Shown here: piece by piece, positions 60,901 to 64,000 of the stretch | How positions within the stretch are numbered: the stretch's first letter is position 1 | Layout of the letters: each line of letters opens with the position of its first letter | Source: Octopus sinensis | Taxonomy: Eukaryota | Direction of reading: 5' to 3' | DNA: 64,000 nt | Assembly (NCBI RefSeq): GCF_006345805.1 | Contig: NC_043015.1 | Location: forward strand, 30,566,001 to 30,630,000 | Notes under the pieces: generated by a model | What the model was told of the DNA's origin: nothing | Databases searched by the model: none | Seen by the model: the letters and a program-made list of their open reading frames with translations, nothing else | Program-made: the position numbers and the translations under genes

Positions 60901-63227
60901 TTTCCTCTTCATTTTATTTAGCAAAACAAAAGGTTTCCCTTTCCGACTCCTTCTACAAACAGTTGTGTCATCTCCATTTATTGACATACTACCATCAGTG
61001 TTTACTATTCACTTTACAATGTTTCTCTGTTTTTATTGTGTAATTGCTGTGCGACAGGAGTGGCTGCTAAGTGACTGCTGTACATCTCTTTTTCACACAC
61101 GAATATGTCTGTGTGTCCATAGGTACTCAATACAGAGTGTAGATTCTGTGCTGGCATCTGTACTTTGGGCCCAAAGTTATTTCTTTTTGGAACTGCTTCT
61201 TGAATGGTGCATGGGCGTAACTGTGTCTGACCATATATGTTTACACACCTTCTACTTACACACACACACACACAAACAAACTATTATTTTGTTTTTAGAA
61301 TCGTTGAATGTCATTATCATTATCGTTTAACGTCCGCTTTCCATACTAGCATGGGTTGGACGATTTTGACTGAGGGCTGGCAAACCAGATGGCTGCACCA
61401 GGCTCCAATCTTGATTTCGTAGAGTTACTACAGCGGGATGCCCTTCCTAACGCCAACCACTCCGAGACAGACAGGAACGTAATATTTTGAAAGCAGAAGG
61501 ATCAAGTATTATTGCCCTTATAAGACAGGAAAAAGTTGTCAATAGTGACACCTTTTTTTCTGTTTTATAAGGGTAATAATATCCAATCCTTCTGCTGTTT
61601 TCATGGCTATAGTGCATTCAAGATATTACCATTTTGTCTGTATAACATATATATATATAACATCATCGTCATTTGCATCCGTTCTCTCTTTACTGCTACA
61701 ATACACTGATGCTCATTTGTGTCATTTCACTTGGTTTCTACAGTTGGGTGATTTGCCTATCACCAACCACTTTACTGAGTGTAGTGGGTGCTTTATCTCA
61801 TGATAAAGAGATCTCACAACCCTAAACATTCTCTTCTCATTTGCCAAACACTCACTGTACAAGTAACAGTCATTCTAAAACAGGCCCCACTATAACATTC
61901 AAGAAAAATGTATGCTCTTCTGGTGGTTGGAAAAAAAGTATAGGTGTAGTATATAAGGGCAGGGTGGAATTTTGGATCCCATGCATCACCACAATTTTCT
62001 TAGGGCCTTCACATTGAGAATCCCTGCTCTAGAAAGAACATGATTTATCACTTTTTATTGTAAGCACCAGTACAAAAGTGGGATGCCCCTGCACATAGGA
62101 AAATGTTGAGCATACCCAAGTGAACTTAGACAACCAAGGAGAAGACATAAAGCTAGAAGTGGGTGAGGGAACCAAGTGTCCAAGTGAAGAGAGTACTCAA
62201 TAACTTAGTGCATGTACATTTTTCAAGTAACTAATTTGAGACAATTAGAAGAGAGGCTGATTATGTAAGGAGGGTCAGGCTGATCGGGTCAAACAATGGA
62301 GCCATATAATAATGTAAATAGATTATTTGGGGTGGAATCAGTAAGTGATTGGCAGCAGCAGAGGTGGACAAAGGTAAAAGGGATTTAAGGGATAAGATAA
62401 AAAGTGGGTGATGGGTGGCAAAAGAAAGGATCCTGAGGTGGGAGGGAAGGAGTAAAAGGTAAAGTTACTTTCTTGAGTCATACTGACTCATAAGGGCCAG
62501 TTTCATAGCATGTATATTCCCCATTTAGATGGGACACCAGTCCATCACAGGGTCACTTATTTTTGCCATCTGACTGAACTGGACCAATGTGAAATAAAGT
62601 GTTTTGCTCAAGAACACAACACATTGCCCAGTCTAGGAATTGAAACCACAATCTTACAATCATGAGTCCCACACCCTGACCACTAAGCCATGCACCTCCA
62701 CAGGGAAGGAATAATGGCTGGTAATACACAAGGGTGAAGTTAGAGAGTATTATAAAGGGAAGAGGGTGGTCCTATAGTTTTTTATGGGTTTAGTGAAGGG
62801 GTGAGAATGGGTGGTGGAAATGGAGAGAGAGAGCTATAAATGGGAGAGAAACTGGTTTTAAAATGAGCTGGGAGTAGGCAATTGAGTGGTGAGAGGTTTC
62901 AAAGGATATGACACCGGAAGAAGAGAAGGGCAACAAGATTTGTGTTTAGCAGAGTACAAAATGTCTCAGCCTTCAAACACTTCATCTCAAAGTGTGTTTG
63001 TTTTGTCGTGAGTTATTTGATCTTCTGCAGCACTGTATAATATCACCAGTTGGAGCAGTCCTTTGTCATCTCTTCAGTGTGCCTATACATGTGTGTGTGT
63101 GTGTTTATGCATCTATGTGTGTGTGCATGCATTTTAATAAATATCTCCGTGATGATGGTATCCACCTACATTCAGCTTGTAAGTCTGCTAAATGACCTAT
63201 ATTAATATCATCAACCCACACACTGAT

Positions 63228-63267
<40 letters not shown>

Positions 63268-63328
63268 CCCATGCTGATTTGTCAGTGTGTATAGTCACCT
63301 GTAATTCTCTGAACTAAATAACATGTTT

Positions 63329-63364
<36 letters not shown>

Positions 63365-64000
63365 CCTGTCAAAGTAAGCAACAGGATAATACCGGACTGA
63401 TCTGGTGCTTCAACTTAAGTACCTAGTTCAACCGAATCTTACCTACATTTTCTATATATATATATATATATAGGCGCAGGAGTGGCTGTGTGGTAAGTAG
63501 CTTGCTAACCAACCACATGGTTCCGGGTTCAGTCCCGCTGCGTGGCATCTTGGGCAAGTGTCTTCTGCTATAGCCCCGGGCCAACCAATGCCTTGTGAGT
63601 GGATTTGGTAGACGGAAACTGAAAGAAGCCTGTCGTATATATATATATGTGTGTCTGTGTTTGTCCCTCCAACATCGCTTGACAACCGATGCTGGTGTGT
63701 TTACGTCCCCGTCACTTAGCAGTTCGGCAAAAGAGACCGATAGAATAAGTACTGGGCTTACAAGAATAAGTCCCGGGGTCGATTTGCTCGACTAAAGGCG
63801 GTGCTCCAGCACGGCCGCAGTCAAATGACTGAAACAAGTAAAAAGAGTAAAGAGAAAAAGAGTAATATATATATATGTGTGTGTGTGTGTGTATAAACAC
63901 ACACCTAGCATTGCTGTTGCACCATATTTTGCGTGGAATATATTTATTTATAAATTACTTCACACATTTGATTATGCGACCTGCAACCTGTATTTTATAT

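Noticed and set aside
49206-64000. A second protein-coding gene downstream of NALCN
   Set aside because: I found only TE remnants and low-complexity DNA, with no spliceable, recognisable exons. The NALCN polyA site could not be located.

Overview
This is AT-rich, microsatellite-rich animal genomic DNA, most likely an octopus (inferred from the SINE/MITE repertoire and a mollusc-type NALCN). The + strand carries the 3' two-thirds of the sodium-leak channel gene NALCN. I traced 26 GT-AG coding exons (1548-49205, 3360 nt, 1119 aa plus stop) in continuous phase from the end of domain II to the stop codon. The DIII and DIV pore residues are both Glu. No other host gene is visible. Introns and the 3' flank hold many transposons: a 3.5-kb CR1-clade LINE with two frame-breaking lesions, fragments of a second CR1 family, RTE and HERO remnants, a deleted mariner, a Helitron, hAT and piggyBac-type MITEs, a foldback element and several SINE families. 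The most unusual region is the intron after the DIII pore exon. It holds a 1.5-kb CpG-rich, ~22-bp-period satellite built on the palindrome GCGCATGCGC (the NRF1/EWG/P3A2 consensus) with an internal inversion. Directly 3' of the satellite is a minimal type I hammerhead ribozyme motif on the NALCN sense strand. Other notable points are a stem-loop with compensatory changes shared by the LINE 3' end and a SINE family, a 24-nt duplex bracketing the DIII pore exon, several intronic hairpins next to exons, and a SINE family that repeatedly inserts at GGTAT. Orthologue comparisons and family names come from my memory of those families, not from database searches.
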